Positions 19,270 to 29,307 of a stretch of DNA of 64,000 nt are shown here, in pieces (within the stretch, counting starts at the first letter, position 1; every line of letters starts with the position of its first letter). Below the pieces are notes generated by a model, which made no database searches, was not told the origin of the DNA, and saw nothing but the letters and a program-made list of their open reading frames with translations. Source of the DNA: an uncultured Verrucomicrobiae bacterium (GTDB lineage Bacteria > Verrucomicrobiota > Verrucomicrobiia > Limisphaerales > Palsa-1400); contig OY969763.1 in assembly GCA_963702845.1 (NCBI GenBank), positions 1,472,001 through 1,536,000 of the forward strand. Direction: 5' to 3'. Both the position numbers and the translations under genes were made by a program.

Positions 19270-20109
19270 ATGCGCGATGACGCGGTCAAACTGTGCGTAA
19301 TGGATCAAACTGAAAAACGTGGTTTCACACTGGTTGAGCTGCTGGTGGTGATTGGAATCATCGGGATTCTCGCTGCGTTGCTGTTGCCGGTGTTAGCCTC
19401 GGCGAAACGGAAAGCCAACGAAACAATTTGCCTGAGCAATACGCGGCAATTGGCGCTGACCGGTTTCATGTATGCCAACGACAACGGCAGGCCGATTCTT
19501 TATAATAATCCGCGTTATCCCGATGGCACTTGGATGGGGAGCCTCGTTGATTTGATCAAGAACAAGAATGTTTTCCTGTGCCCGACCGCGCCTTTGCATT
19601 ATCCGACGCCGGACAGCGGGAATCGCGCGGGCACGGCTGACGCGGCGTGGGTGAGGTGGACTTCCGATGCGAAGCAGATGTTTACGGGAAGTTATGGTTA
19701 CAACGGCTGGTTGTATTCCGATCTCACTAATTATTACCCGCAAACGGCTGATTTTGTTTTTACGAAAACGGACAGCATCGAATGGGTTTCGCAAACGCCG
19801 GTTTTTGTTGATGCGAATTGGGTGGATTTGTCACCCAAGGAAACGGATGGGCCGTGGCATGATCTTTACGAAGGTGCGCCATACGGAACGAGCAACCCTG
19901 ACGCGATGGGGCGTTGCACGATTGCGCGGCATAGCGTCAGCAGGCCGGCTGGTGCGCCGCGGGCGTTGGGTATTGGGCAAAAAATGTCGGGGGCGATTTT
20001 GATTGGTTTTGCGGATGGGCACTCACGTCTGACGAGGTTGGAAGACTTGTGGGGACTGTATTGGCATCGTGGTTGGAAAGTGCCAACACAGCGTCCGGAT
20101 GCTCGTTAA
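19270..20109 (+). CDS. Prepilin-type N-terminal cleavage/methylation protein, PVC H-X9-DG-like family
   Basis: KRG/FTLVELLVVIGIIGILAALLLP, CLSN.RQL, SYGYN, RH...FADGH; start may be the ATG at 19300. Confidence 0.9.
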   Translation: MRDDAVKLCVMDQTEKRGFTLVELLVVIGIIGILAALLLPVLASAKRKANETICLSNTRQLALTGFMYANDNGRPILYNNPRYPDGTWMGSLVDLIKNKNVFLCPTAPLHYPTPDSGNRAGTADAAWVRWTSDAKQMFTGSYGYNGWLYSDLTNYYPQTADFVFTKTDSIEWVSQTPVFVDANWVDLSPKETDGPWHDLYEGAPYGTSNPDAMGRCTIARHSVSRPAGAPRALGIGQKMSGAILIGFADGHSRLTRLEDLWGLYWHRGWKVPTQRPDAR

Positions 20110-20120
20110 GGATCGAGGGC

Positions 20121-20349
20121 ATGACGCTGATTTTCACTTTGGGGATGGCAGGGGGTGCTTGCATGGGCGGTGCAGACGAAGAATTACGTGGAAGCGTTTC
20201 TTGCGATTGCTGCGCTTAGTGGCGTGGCGTCGTTCGCGATTGGGATTTGGGCCATCCAGCAAAACAAAACCTGGCTGGCCATTGTTTTGATCGTTATCGG
20301 TTTTGTTCAGTGCGTCACCGTTGCTTGTTTCGCGAGACAGAGAGGTTGA
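20121..20349 (+). pseudogene. Small membrane protein, apparently frameshifted in a G5 run at 20151-20155
   Basis: GAGGG before ATG 20121 gives MTLIFTLGMAG; deleting one G joins it to VLAWAVQTKNYVEAFLAIAALSG... (hydrophobic, ~75 aa). Confidence 0.45.
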
Positions 20350-20351
20350 TG

Positions 20352-21389
20352 TCAGAACCGCCCATCGCGCGATTCGAAATGGGTGGGTTTGTTTAAGGTT
20401 TCGCCGCCGAGCACGATCCAGTCGCCGACCCACTCGATTAATTCTTGCGTGCTGACGATGGGCTGACCGAAGAGTTCGCAGGCACGAGTGGCGTTGCTGA
20501 CGAGGGCGGTTTCGGATTCTGTGCCGGTGAATGACGGCTTTTTGCCAACGCGAACGCCGAGTGTTTCGGCGACTTCGCGCACGTGCAACAGCTCCGGACC
20601 AGTGACGTTGATGATAAAGGGAGTGCCGACTGATGTTGAATCTAATTGCTCGAATGAACACAACGCCATGGCATTGGCGTCGCCTTGCCAGATGGTATTG
20701 AACCACGCCATGCCGAGGTCGATCGGCTGGCCTGCGAAAAGTTTTTGGGCGAGATCGACGAGGACGCCGTAACGCAAGTCGCAGGCGTAGTTGAGGCGAA
20801 TTATTGCGACTGGTGTTTGATTTTTTTTGCAGTGGTATTTGAAGACGCGTTCGCGGCCTAAACAACTCATCGCATATTCGCCGGCGGGATTTGGAGTGTC
20901 GGTTTCGATGGATGGCTTGGTTGGCGGCACGAGGCCGTAAATGTTGCCGGTGGAAAATGCCACGATTTTGCTGGTGGAGAATTTGCAACAGACGGACGCC
21001 GGCAAAACGGTGTTCATCATCCACGTGGCTGATTCGTTGCCGGTCGAGCCGAATTTCATGCCGGCCATGTACACGATGTTGGGAATTTCCGGCAGGTTTT
21101 CGAGAGCGGCGGTGTTGAGCAGATCGCAAGCGATTGTTTCGATGCCGTAGTTGTTTAATTTTTCCTGCTGCTCGGCGGTTGTGAAACGTGAGACGCCGAT
21201 GACGCGCCGTTTCACGCCCGCTGCATCTGACGCGCGCTTTGCCATGCGGGCGAGTGACGGGCCCATTTTACCGCCGACGCCGAGGACCATGATGTCGCCT
21301 TTGAGCCGAGCCATTGCTTCGGCGACGGGTAGCGATGGTTCGCTTAAGGCGTCTTCCAATTCCTGAACGTTGATAACGGGCAATCTCAT
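20352..21389 (-). CDS. NAD-dependent epimerase/dehydratase family protein
   Basis: VLGVGGKMG Rossmann motif, YMAGMKFG, FSTGNIY, EYAMSCLGRER; ATG overlaps the upstream TGA. Confidence 0.88.
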   Translation of the reverse strand: MRLPVINVQELEDALSEPSLPVAEAMARLKGDIMVLGVGGKMGPSLARMAKRASDAAGVKRRVIGVSRFTTAEQQEKLNNYGIETIACDLLNTAALENLPEIPNIVYMAGMKFGSTGNESATWMMNTVLPASVCCKFSTSKIVAFSTGNIYGLVPPTKPSIETDTPNPAGEYAMSCLGRERVFKYHCKKNQTPVAIIRLNYACDLRYGVLVDLAQKLFAGQPIDLGMAWFNTIWQGDANAMALCSFEQLDSTSVGTPFIINVTGPELLHVREVAETLGVRVGKKPSFTGTESETALVSNATRACELFGQPIVSTQELIEWVGDWIVLGGETLNKPTHFESRDGRF

Positions 21390-22189
21390 TGGTGGCTGGT
21401 TGAGTGTTGGAGTTTCCACATGATGTCGGCGTAACGGTGGCCGAAATCGCGTTGAGATGGGGAATCGAAATGCAATTCGTCGCCTTTATCCTTTAATCCT
21501 TTTGCGGAAACGCAGGCGGTGTGTGGCACTTTGGAAGGGATCGCGTTTAGTTGTTCGTTGATCGATGCCGCGAGAGGCACCGGTTCGCGTTTTTTGCGAT
21601 TGATGAGGAATTCGCCCAGCTCACCGACGACGAACGGCAAGTCTGGCGAACCAAGGTCGGCGCGCAAATCAGAAATCATTTTGGCAAGGCGTTCTGCATA
21701 TTTATCAGCGGAATCTTTTGGGCCTGTATTCGATTCGCCTTGATGCCAGAGGACACCGGCCAAAATGCCGTCTTTCATTGCGAGTTTGGCGCGCTGGACT
21801 GAGTTCTCATACAAGTCTGCGCCTTTTTCCCAACGCTTCAGCGGAGTTCCGCCAACGGCAGTCGGCACCAAACCAATCGTCACCGACCTATCCTTTTCAG
21901 CCATTGCTTTGCCGAAGGCGAGCGCCGGTCCAACACCATGCTTAATATGTCCATCTTCGGTCACCGGTTCGACGGCGACTTGCCAGGTGTCATTCGTTTT
22001 GAACACGAGCACGTGCGGGTTCGGCGTCTTATCTTCTTTTTCAATAACGCCGCGACCGGCCATGTTCGATTGGCCCATCAATATATATATATGCATTTTT
22101 TCCTTGGGTGGGAGCTTTGCTGGTTCGGCGGCGTTTACGAAACAACTTAGGAACACGACAAACAGGACACAGGCGGTAGTGAGGTTCAT
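21386..22189 (-). CDS. Secreted sialate O-acetylesterase / SGNH carbohydrate esterase (SASA, CE6-like)
   Basis: Signal peptide; GQSNM, GVGPA, AVGGT, LWHQGESN, DELHF. Confidence 0.92.
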   Translation of the reverse strand: MNLTTACVLFVVFLSCFVNAAEPAKLPPKEKMHIYILMGQSNMAGRGVIEKEDKTPNPHVLVFKTNDTWQVAVEPVTEDGHIKHGVGPALAFGKAMAEKDRSVTIGLVPTAVGGTPLKRWEKGADLYENSVQRAKLAMKDGILAGVLWHQGESNTGPKDSADKYAERLAKMISDLRADLGSPDLPFVVGELGEFLINRKKREPVPLAASINEQLNAIPSKVPHTACVSAKGLKDKGDELHFDSPSQRDFGHRYADIMWKLQHSTSHQ

Positions 22190-22234
22190 AGTATTTTGAA
22201 TGGTTAGTTTGTTGCGACGAGGCACGTGTGATTG

Positions 22235-23011
22235 CTACAGGCGACGATGGACCTTGTGCATTGCGGCCTGGTCGGTTGCTTTGATCAGCATTTCATCAAC
22301 GCACATGTATGGCGGACGGCTCGCGACCCAGACCATTGCTTCGGCAATGTCTTCGGCGTGTAAGGGTTCTGTGCCGACGTAGGGCCTTTTGGCTTTCTCT
22401 GGATCACCTTTGAAACGGACTAGGGAGAATTCAGTTTCGGCGAGGCCGGGATCAATGGAGCAGACGCGAATGCCGGTGCCCCCCAGTTCCAGCCGCAAGG
22501 TGCGCGAAATCATGCGTTCGGCGGATTTTGCGCCGGAGTAAGCGCCGCCGCCTTCGTATACTTCATAGGCCGCGTATGATCCGACATTCAAAATCGCGCT
22601 GCCCGGCGCTTTTGGAATCATCGGCAGGACGGCGCGTGTGACGCGAAGGAGGCCCATGACATTGGTCTGATACATCGTTTCCATGTCCTCATCTTTTAGG
22701 TCGGCGATTTTGTCGAGGCCATGTGCGCCGCCGGCGTTGTTGATGAGCACATCGATTGTCGGTGTCTTTGTTTTAGCGAAGGCAATGAATTGTTCGACGC
22801 TGGCGGTTCTCGAAACATCGAGAGCATGTGCGTGCGCTTGCGTTGCACCTGCTTTTTTGCAATCGGCCGCAACTTGCTCAAGACGATCGACGCGACGGGC
22901 ACCAATTAGAATGTTTGCACCTTGTGCAGCAAAAGCGCGCGCGGCAGCCGCCCCGAAGCCGCTAGATGCGCCCGTGATCAAGACCCACTTGTTCTTCAAC
23001 GATGTTGCCAT
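22235..23011 (-). CDS. SDR family NAD(P)-dependent oxidoreductase (YdfG-like)
   Basis: ITGASSGFG, LINNAG, YSGAK, DPGLAETEFSLVRFKGD. Confidence 0.92.
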   Translation of the reverse strand: MATSLKNKWVLITGASSGFGAAAARAFAAQGANILIGARRVDRLEQVAADCKKAGATQAHAHALDVSRTASVEQFIAFAKTKTPTIDVLINNAGGAHGLDKIADLKDEDMETMYQTNVMGLLRVTRAVLPMIPKAPGSAILNVGSYAAYEVYEGGGAYSGAKSAERMISRTLRLELGGTGIRVCSIDPGLAETEFSLVRFKGDPEKAKRPYVGTEPLHAEDIAEAMVWVASRPPYMCVDEMLIKATDQAAMHKVHRRL

Positions 23012-23021
23012 AGTTCGAATT

Positions 23022-23089
23022 AACCATAGAGGCACGGAGACACAGAGAACAATTTTTCTTCATCTCTGTGCCTGTGTGTCTCAGTGGTT
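23022..23089. repeat. Inverted pair of short 8-mer tandem repeats (CACAGAGG / CTCTGTGC type)
   Basis: AACCATAGAGGCACGGAGACACAGAG ... CTCTGTGCCTGTGTGTCTCAGTGGTT between ogg and the SDR gene. Confidence 0.7.
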
Positions 23090-23952
23090 CACTTTACCTT
23101 TCGATTTTTCACGCGCATGTAGTGAAACAAATATTGTTGGGCGTAGCCGGCATGTGGGCCGAAATGCGTTTCGGTGAATCGACGCAATCGTTTGATCGAG
23201 GCTTTTCGTTTTGGAAAGTAAAGCTGTTGGACGGCTTTCATGATCCAAACATCCACTGGAAACGCCTGGTCGAAACCGTAGCCAAATAATAAAACGCAAT
23301 CGGCAATTTTCACGCCGACGCCGGGGAATTTGAGCAGTTCTTCGCGTGCTTGCGCGAGTTCCATTTTGCGGAGCGATTCTAAATCCACCTCGCCACTCAC
23401 AATGGCGCGCGCGGTTCCCAGAACGTACGGGGCGCGGAAGCCCATTTTGCAGGCGCGAAGGTCTGCTTCCGTTACGTTGGCTAAACATTGTGCGGACGGG
23501 AAAGAGTAAGCAGGTGAATGTCCGTCCGGCACGGGAAGTGGAGTGCCAAATGTTTTGCAAAGGGTGGCCATGATTTGCTGGATTTGGACGATTTGTTTGG
23601 TCGAAGAACAGATGAAGGAGGCCAGGCATTCCCATGGCTCCTGTCGCAATAAGCGCAGTCCGTGACAGGATTGTAGCGATGCTTGCATCGGTACGTCTTC
23701 GGGAAATGTCTCGATGATCGCGCGGAGATTTACATCCAATTGCAAATAATGACGGAGCCAATTCCAATCGGTCACCGGAGCGGCAGTTTCGGCGAGCAGA
23801 GTGCTGCCGTCGGTGCGCAATCGAACCCAATGGTTGCTGATCACACCTTCCCACCAGCCATTGATGTGCTTCCAACGAAATGCCTGGCCTGAACTGAGCG
23901 TGGCGTTGAGGTCATATTCCTCAATAGTGATAGACGTTCGGTGCAGGTTCAT
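23089..23952 (-). CDS. ogg: 8-oxoguanine DNA glycosylase (OGG, HhH-GPD family)
   Basis: TLSSGQAFRW, GLRLLRQEPWECLASFICS, MGFRAPYV, PGVGVKIADCVLLF, FPVDVW, AGYAQQYLF. Confidence 0.9.
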   Translation of the reverse strand: MNLHRTSITIEEYDLNATLSSGQAFRWKHINGWWEGVISNHWVRLRTDGSTLLAETAAPVTDWNWLRHYLQLDVNLRAIIETFPEDVPMQASLQSCHGLRLLRQEPWECLASFICSSTKQIVQIQQIMATLCKTFGTPLPVPDGHSPAYSFPSAQCLANVTEADLRACKMGFRAPYVLGTARAIVSGEVDLESLRKMELAQAREELLKFPGVGVKIADCVLLFGYGFDQAFPVDVWIMKAVQQLYFPKRKASIKRLRRFTETHFGPHAGYAQQYLFHYMRVKNRKVK

Positions 23953-24059
23953 CTGATGAAGCAAAAGTGGCTGGCGAAGGCAAATCAACTTAAAAAGTTT
24001 TCAAAAAGCACTTTTACAACTGGCCGGTTTTGCGTGGTTGTAGCAGGGTATCATGAAAC

Positions 24060-24737
24060 ATGAGTCCCGACAAAAAAGACGTTTTGGAGGTTGCCACAGA
24101 GACGATGTCTCAGCGGCGCTTTCAGAATTTGCTCGGCGACCTGACGGGGTTGTTGGAGCAAGTCGGACGTCCTCCCGCACTGATTGCTTTGGCGCCCGCG
24201 CTGAATCCCACGCTGGTTCGGGACACGGCAAGCTTGCAGAAATTTCTCGAAGCTTACATCGAACGATTGTTGGTCCCGATCGAATTGCCGGCGATAGCGC
24301 GTGCGTGGAGTCATGCCTCGCGTGGGGAGACGCGTGAACTGATCGCGTTGGATCGGGAGTTGACGTGCGAACCTTTGCTGACGTTCTTCGCGAGCGCGAG
24401 CAAGGAAATTGGACAGGTCGAATTGGCGGCGTTGCGCCCGATGCGCGATCAACGCGTAGTGCAACGTTACTGGACTGCGATCGAGTCCGGCCAGGCACAA
24501 GGCTGGCACACGCTCGTTTACGGTCTGACTTTGTTTATCTACTCTGTGCCGCTGCGACAGGGACTCTGTCATTACGCGGAGCAGACGATATTCTCGCTGG
24601 CAGATATTGCCGCGCGTCGCGTTGGACTTCCGACAAATGAGTGCCGCGAAATTGCGGTGAAGGTCTTGGCCGAATTGCCCGCTTCGATTGAGAAGACGCT
24701 GGCGCCCCAGGAATCGCCTTTCGTTGCCGTGCGTTAA
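24060..24737 (+). CDS. Hypothetical protein, UreF-like helical family
   Basis: ELIALDREL...ASKEIGQVEL...HTLVYGL...LRQGLCHY resembles the UreF core; no urease genes in window. Confidence 0.5.
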   Translation: MSPDKKDVLEVATETMSQRRFQNLLGDLTGLLEQVGRPPALIALAPALNPTLVRDTASLQKFLEAYIERLLVPIELPAIARAWSHASRGETRELIALDRELTCEPLLTFFASASKEIGQVELAALRPMRDQRVVQRYWTAIESGQAQGWHTLVYGLTLFIYSVPLRQGLCHYAEQTIFSLADIAARRVGLPTNECREIAVKVLAELPASIEKTLAPQESPFVAVR

Positions 24738-24788
24738 GCGCGAATTTTTCTCGCGACTGGGGCAGGCGTTTCGCACAATACGCCGCCA

Positions 24789-26357
24789 ATGGCAAAAGCT
24801 TTTCTGAACGCAGGCGACTGGATCATCATTGTCGCTTATCTCCTCGGAATTATTGTGCTCGGCAGTTGGTTCGGCAAAGACCAACGCAACACACGCGATT
24901 ATTTCCTCGGTAGCAAAGACATTCCGTGGTGGGGAATCGGGTTGTCGATTGTCGCCGCTGAAACCAGCGCGCTGACGATCATTGGTGTCCCGGGTTTGGC
25001 ATACGGCGGAAATATTGGGATGATGCAGCTCATCATCGGCTACGTGATTGCGCGCGTCATCCTGGCGGTCGTGCTCGTGCCGCATTATTTCAAGGGCGAG
25101 ATTTATTCGCCTTACCAGATTCTGTCGAACACGTTCGGACAACCGGCGCGACAAACGGCTGCTGGTTTTTTTCTTTTAAGTGAAACGCTCGCGGCGGGTG
25201 TGCGTGTTTTCGTTGCCTGTATTCCGTTGCAGTTGATTCTCGGAATTGGGGAAGGGTGGTCGATTGTTTTGTTCGTCCTCCTGTCGCTCATCTATACTTA
25301 CTTCGGCGGAGTGAAGGCGGTAATTTGGACAGATGCGGCGCAGTTCGGGTTGTTTGTCCTGGGTGGATTGTTTACGATCTTTTACATCCCGCACCTGTTC
25401 CCCGGCGGTTGGAGCGAGGTGTGGAATTTCGCGAGTGCACACGGGAAACTCGCATGGTTCAATTCGAACTTCGATCCGCAAACACATCAGTGGCTCGGGT
25501 GGAAGCAACTGTTTCAGGACCCGTTCAATATTTGGATGGGCGTGATTGGCGGAACGGTGATGGTGATGTCGAGTCACGGAGCGGAGCAGTTGATCGTGCA
25601 ACGCGTGCTCGCTTGCAAAAGTGTGAAGGACGGACGCAAGGCGCTTACGTTAAGTGCGGTGGTTGTGTTTCCGCTGTTTTTCGTTTTCCTGCTCACCGGC
25701 GCGATGCTGTGGACTTACTACCAATATAATCCGATGCCGATTGCGCTGCCGGAGGCACGGCCGGGCATCGGGAAAAACGATTTTGTATATCCGATTTTCA
25801 TGCTCAGTGGCGTGCCGCACATTTTGAAAGGATTTTTGATTGTGGCGATTCTTTCGGCAGCGATGTCGTCGGTGAGTTCGGCGTTAACGTCGCTTTCATC
25901 GGTGTCGACGATGGATTTTTGCAAAAAGGTTTTGCCGCATAAGTCGGACGAGTTTTTCCTGAAACTTAGTAAAGGTTCGACCGCAATTTGGGCGGTATTG
26001 CTGATATTCGTGGCGTATTTGAGTCGTGAAGTGACGTCGGTGTTGGATATCGCATTCAAACTGCGCGGACTGACCAGCGGGGCGCTGCTGGGCGGGTTGT
26101 TATTAGCGATTTTTTGGAAAAAAGGACGGTCGACTCCAATTGTAATCGGAATGGTGACGTCGCTTATCGTGATGACGTATGTCAGCCCATTGGTGCAAGG
26201 TTTACCGAATTTGCCCGAGGCTATGAAGTTTCCAGTTAAGTTAGCGTTTGCCTGGTACACAACTTTCGGAACGGCCATCATGTTTTTCACGGCGTTGATT
26301 GCACGCGCCGTGCTGGAACCGAAATCGGCCGTGGCTGCTCAGCCGGCGCTGGACTGA
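24789..26357 (+). CDS. Sodium:solute symporter (SSS) family protein
   Basis: DYFLG, SIVAAETSALT, YTYFGGVKAVIWTD, QLIVQRVLA, SAAMSS. Confidence 0.93.
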   Translation: MAKAFLNAGDWIIIVAYLLGIIVLGSWFGKDQRNTRDYFLGSKDIPWWGIGLSIVAAETSALTIIGVPGLAYGGNIGMMQLIIGYVIARVILAVVLVPHYFKGEIYSPYQILSNTFGQPARQTAAGFFLLSETLAAGVRVFVACIPLQLILGIGEGWSIVLFVLLSLIYTYFGGVKAVIWTDAAQFGLFVLGGLFTIFYIPHLFPGGWSEVWNFASAHGKLAWFNSNFDPQTHQWLGWKQLFQDPFNIWMGVIGGTVMVMSSHGAEQLIVQRVLACKSVKDGRKALTLSAVVVFPLFFVFLLTGAMLWTYYQYNPMPIALPEARPGIGKNDFVYPIFMLSGVPHILKGFLIVAILSAAMSSVSSALTSLSSVSTMDFCKKVLPHKSDEFFLKLSKGSTAIWAVLLIFVAYLSREVTSVLDIAFKLRGLTSGALLGGLLLAIFWKKGRSTPIVIGMVTSLIVMTYVSPLVQGLPNLPEAMKFPVKLAFAWYTTFGTAIMFFTALIARAVLEPKSAVAAQPALD

Positions 26358-26360
26358 TTT

Positions 26361-26963
26361 ATGGGGATTACTCCGCAACAGTTTGAGCAATTGAAAACGC
26401 GCGTTGGAGCAAAGCGCTCGCCAGCTCCAGCGATTGCACCGCTGGCAGCGTCGAGTTCTGCGCACAAGGTAATTCTTGGGCTCGATCCGTCTTTGCGCGG
26501 AACTGGTTATGGGATTATTCGAATGGCGAAACCGCACCCGGTTGCTTTGGTCTATGGCACGATCAAGTGTCCGCCGACGTGGGAACGCTCGCGTTGTCTG
26601 GTCGCGATTTCGCAGCAGTTGCGGGAAACGTTGACCAAAGCCCAGCCGACGGTATGCGCGGTGGAAGCTCTTTTTTATGCGCAGAATTTGCAGACAACCT
26701 TGATCATGGGTGAAGCGCGTGGAGCGGCGTTGGCCAGTGTTGCGGAAGCCGGGTTGGAGATTTACGAAATCGCGCCGCGCAAAGTGAAACAGGCGATTGT
26801 TGGGTACGGTGCCGCGCAGAAAATCGCCGTTGCCAAAATGGTGCAACGGATTTTGCATTTGCCCGAACTCCCAGGGCCTGATGCGGCAGATGCGTTGGCA
26901 TTGGCGCTGGCCTACGCGCAACAGTCGTCGGGATTTTCCGTTAGTCCGCCAAAACGAATTTAG
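26361..26963 (+). CDS. ruvC: Holliday junction resolvase RuvC with ~35 aa N-terminal extension
   Basis: ILGLDP, AVEALFY, MGEARG, VKQAIVGYGAAQK, DAADALALA. Confidence 0.93.
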   Translation: MGITPQQFEQLKTRVGAKRSPAPAIAPLAASSSAHKVILGLDPSLRGTGYGIIRMAKPHPVALVYGTIKCPPTWERSRCLVAISQQLRETLTKAQPTVCAVEALFYAQNLQTTLIMGEARGAALASVAEAGLEIYEIAPRKVKQAIVGYGAAQKIAVAKMVQRILHLPELPGPDAADALALALAYAQQSSGFSVSPPKRI

Positions 26964-29256
26964 TGCTGCAGATGTTTCTGCAGGAATTCGAATGTGCCGA
27001 CCCCATGTATCGTATGCGGGCCGTTGAAGAATTCGATTTCGGTGTCATTGCCGATTCCTAGTTTGTCGTAGAACCTGCGGACCTTTGCGTATTCTTCGGC
27101 GACCCATTCGTCAGGTGCGACGCCGTCGTTGTGACCGCGTTCGACCATGAACGGGCGGGGCGCAATCAAGGCTGCCATTTCGGCGTAGCTGAAAGTATTG
27201 CCGAGGTTCCATTCCAACATTTCGTATTCCTGCGTGAACATGTAGCTGTAGGGGCTATCCACCGTGCACACTTTTCTGATCCATTCGTTGAAGTCGCCAG
27301 AGCAAATGGAAAGGCAGTAACGGTCGAGGATGGGCGGAACTCGCATGGCGGTTTTGCCACCGTATGAAAGGCCGTAGAAGCCAATGCGTTTCGAATCGAC
27401 GAACGGCTGCTCGCTCAGCCAATCGAGAATGCGACCGTGTTGCGCGATGATGAATGAGAAAAGCGAGACACCGAGCGGATTGGCTTTGCGTTGTAACTGG
27501 CGAAAACTGTCGAAGCCGCGATAAGGATTTTGCGGAGCGAATACGACGTAGCCGCGATCGGCGAGTTGAGCGGAGAATCCTTTGTAAAAATGGTAGTCGG
27601 GATGATTCGGGTCGCGTGAGACGGTGCTTTCGGGATTTCCCTCGAGACCGTGCTGGCACACGACGACCGAGCGCCGTTCGCTGGGCTTGATATCGCGCGG
27701 GACGAGTAGGTAACCCCAGGCGAAGACGTCGGGATAAACGTCGAGCACGACTTCATATTCGATCCATTTCGGACTCTGGCCAATTTGGCGCGTGCGCGGG
27801 TTGAGCGGCATGGTGGGCGAGGGGAGCCGGCCCAAAACGTTCCAGAGTTGATTGCGCAGTTCAGGCGTTTGCTTTTCCCAGTCTGCGGCGTTGGTCGTGC
27901 TTGCTTTGCTCCAGAATGATACGTCGCGCACGTGAGCGGAGTCCCGCATGAGCGTTTGGGTGTATGCCGTCAGTTCTTCGATTTGACGTTGCTGCCGCTC
28001 TGCGGGGCTGAAGGCTGTTCGTAAATCGGTCGGGGCAGGTTTGTTCGACGGCGGCAGTTCTTCTTCCTTTCTGCCTAAAGCGTGCAAAAACTTCGCGAGC
28101 GCTTTTTCGCCGAGCGGGCTAGTCGTCATGCCTTCGTTACCGGAGACTAGCGCGATGTCGTCGGCAAATTTTCCATTCAGCAAAGTGCGCGCGCGTTCGA
28201 GTTCGTTTTCGACGGACTCGTATTCAATGGGCGCGATCTTTCCAGGTGCGGCACCATGACGGTTGTCGCGTGGGGCAGGCGGGCCCTGCACGTTTGGTGG
28301 AATACTATGTTCAATGATGAGCGCTCGCGGAGCGATCAACGTCGCAATTTCGGCATCCCCAAATTCCTTAAGCAGACCAAACACGTTTCGGTAAATGGGT
28401 TCCTGCAAAAGTTTTTGGCGCGATTCGAAGTAGCCGCTGACGAGTGTCGCATCGATTCGCGTGTCGAGAGCTGCGGAGTAGAAAGCAATCAAACCGGCCT
28501 CGCCATAACCGGCAATGCCGATTGGCTTGTTGGACGATTTCGCGAACCAATCGACTGCGGCGAGGACTTTCTCAACTTCATAGCCGATAATGTGGCGCCC
28601 CAGTTCGAAGGATTGGCGGTAGATCCATTCCCGATGCGGTTGGTTTGTAAAGCGGCCTACCTTGGTGCTGCCGGAAAACGTATCTTCGCGATTGATCAGC
28701 GTTGGAATGAGAATTTCACAGCCGAGGTCGGCCAGACTACCGGCTGGATTGGAAGCTGATCCCAGGCCGCAGAGCGTTTCGGGAGTTTGGTCGGCGTCGG
28801 GAACTAACACGACCTTTGCAATGATTGTATCCGAGGTTTTACCCAAAGGCCTTCAGCGTGAACACCGTCGAGGACAGGCCAGCGGACTGCAAAAATTTCG
28901 TAACTATCCGTTTCGGCGATCTTGGCGGAATTAGTCGTATTGGACACGTAATCCAAGCTGGAGAATGTGACGCGTTTATCGACGGCTCCGATGATTTTGC
29001 GCAATGACTCGCGATTGGGCGCGATGGATTTTTCGTATGCTTCGCGTGACGAAAAGTCACGGTGCCAAAGGGCAACGCGGCTGGCGATGGAGTCGTCGGT
29101 GGCGCGCGTGAGATAACGGTCAATTCCAGCGACCATGCTGGCGGAGCGATCGGCGTCGGGATCGAGAGGTTGAGTGTTCGGCAGTGATTGCGCCGAGGCG
29201 AATTCAATCCAGGAACAAATTGCGAGTGCAAAAAAAACGTGCCGAATGGAACTCAT
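26960..29256 (-). pseudogene. Secreted tandem alpha/beta-hydrolase (dienelactone hydrolase / acetylxylan esterase-like), split by a frameshift near 28830-28845
   Basis: ORF 28804-29256 has the signal peptide and ends ...HAEGLWVKP; ORF 26960-28846 continues DTIIAKVVLVPDAD... with CQHG, GLSYGG and a terminal His; one base appears to be missing. Confidence 0.75.
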
Positions 29257-29307
29257 TCGGCACGACTGTAAATTAATTGGAGCTAAAGTCGAGACGGTCT
29301 GGAATTA

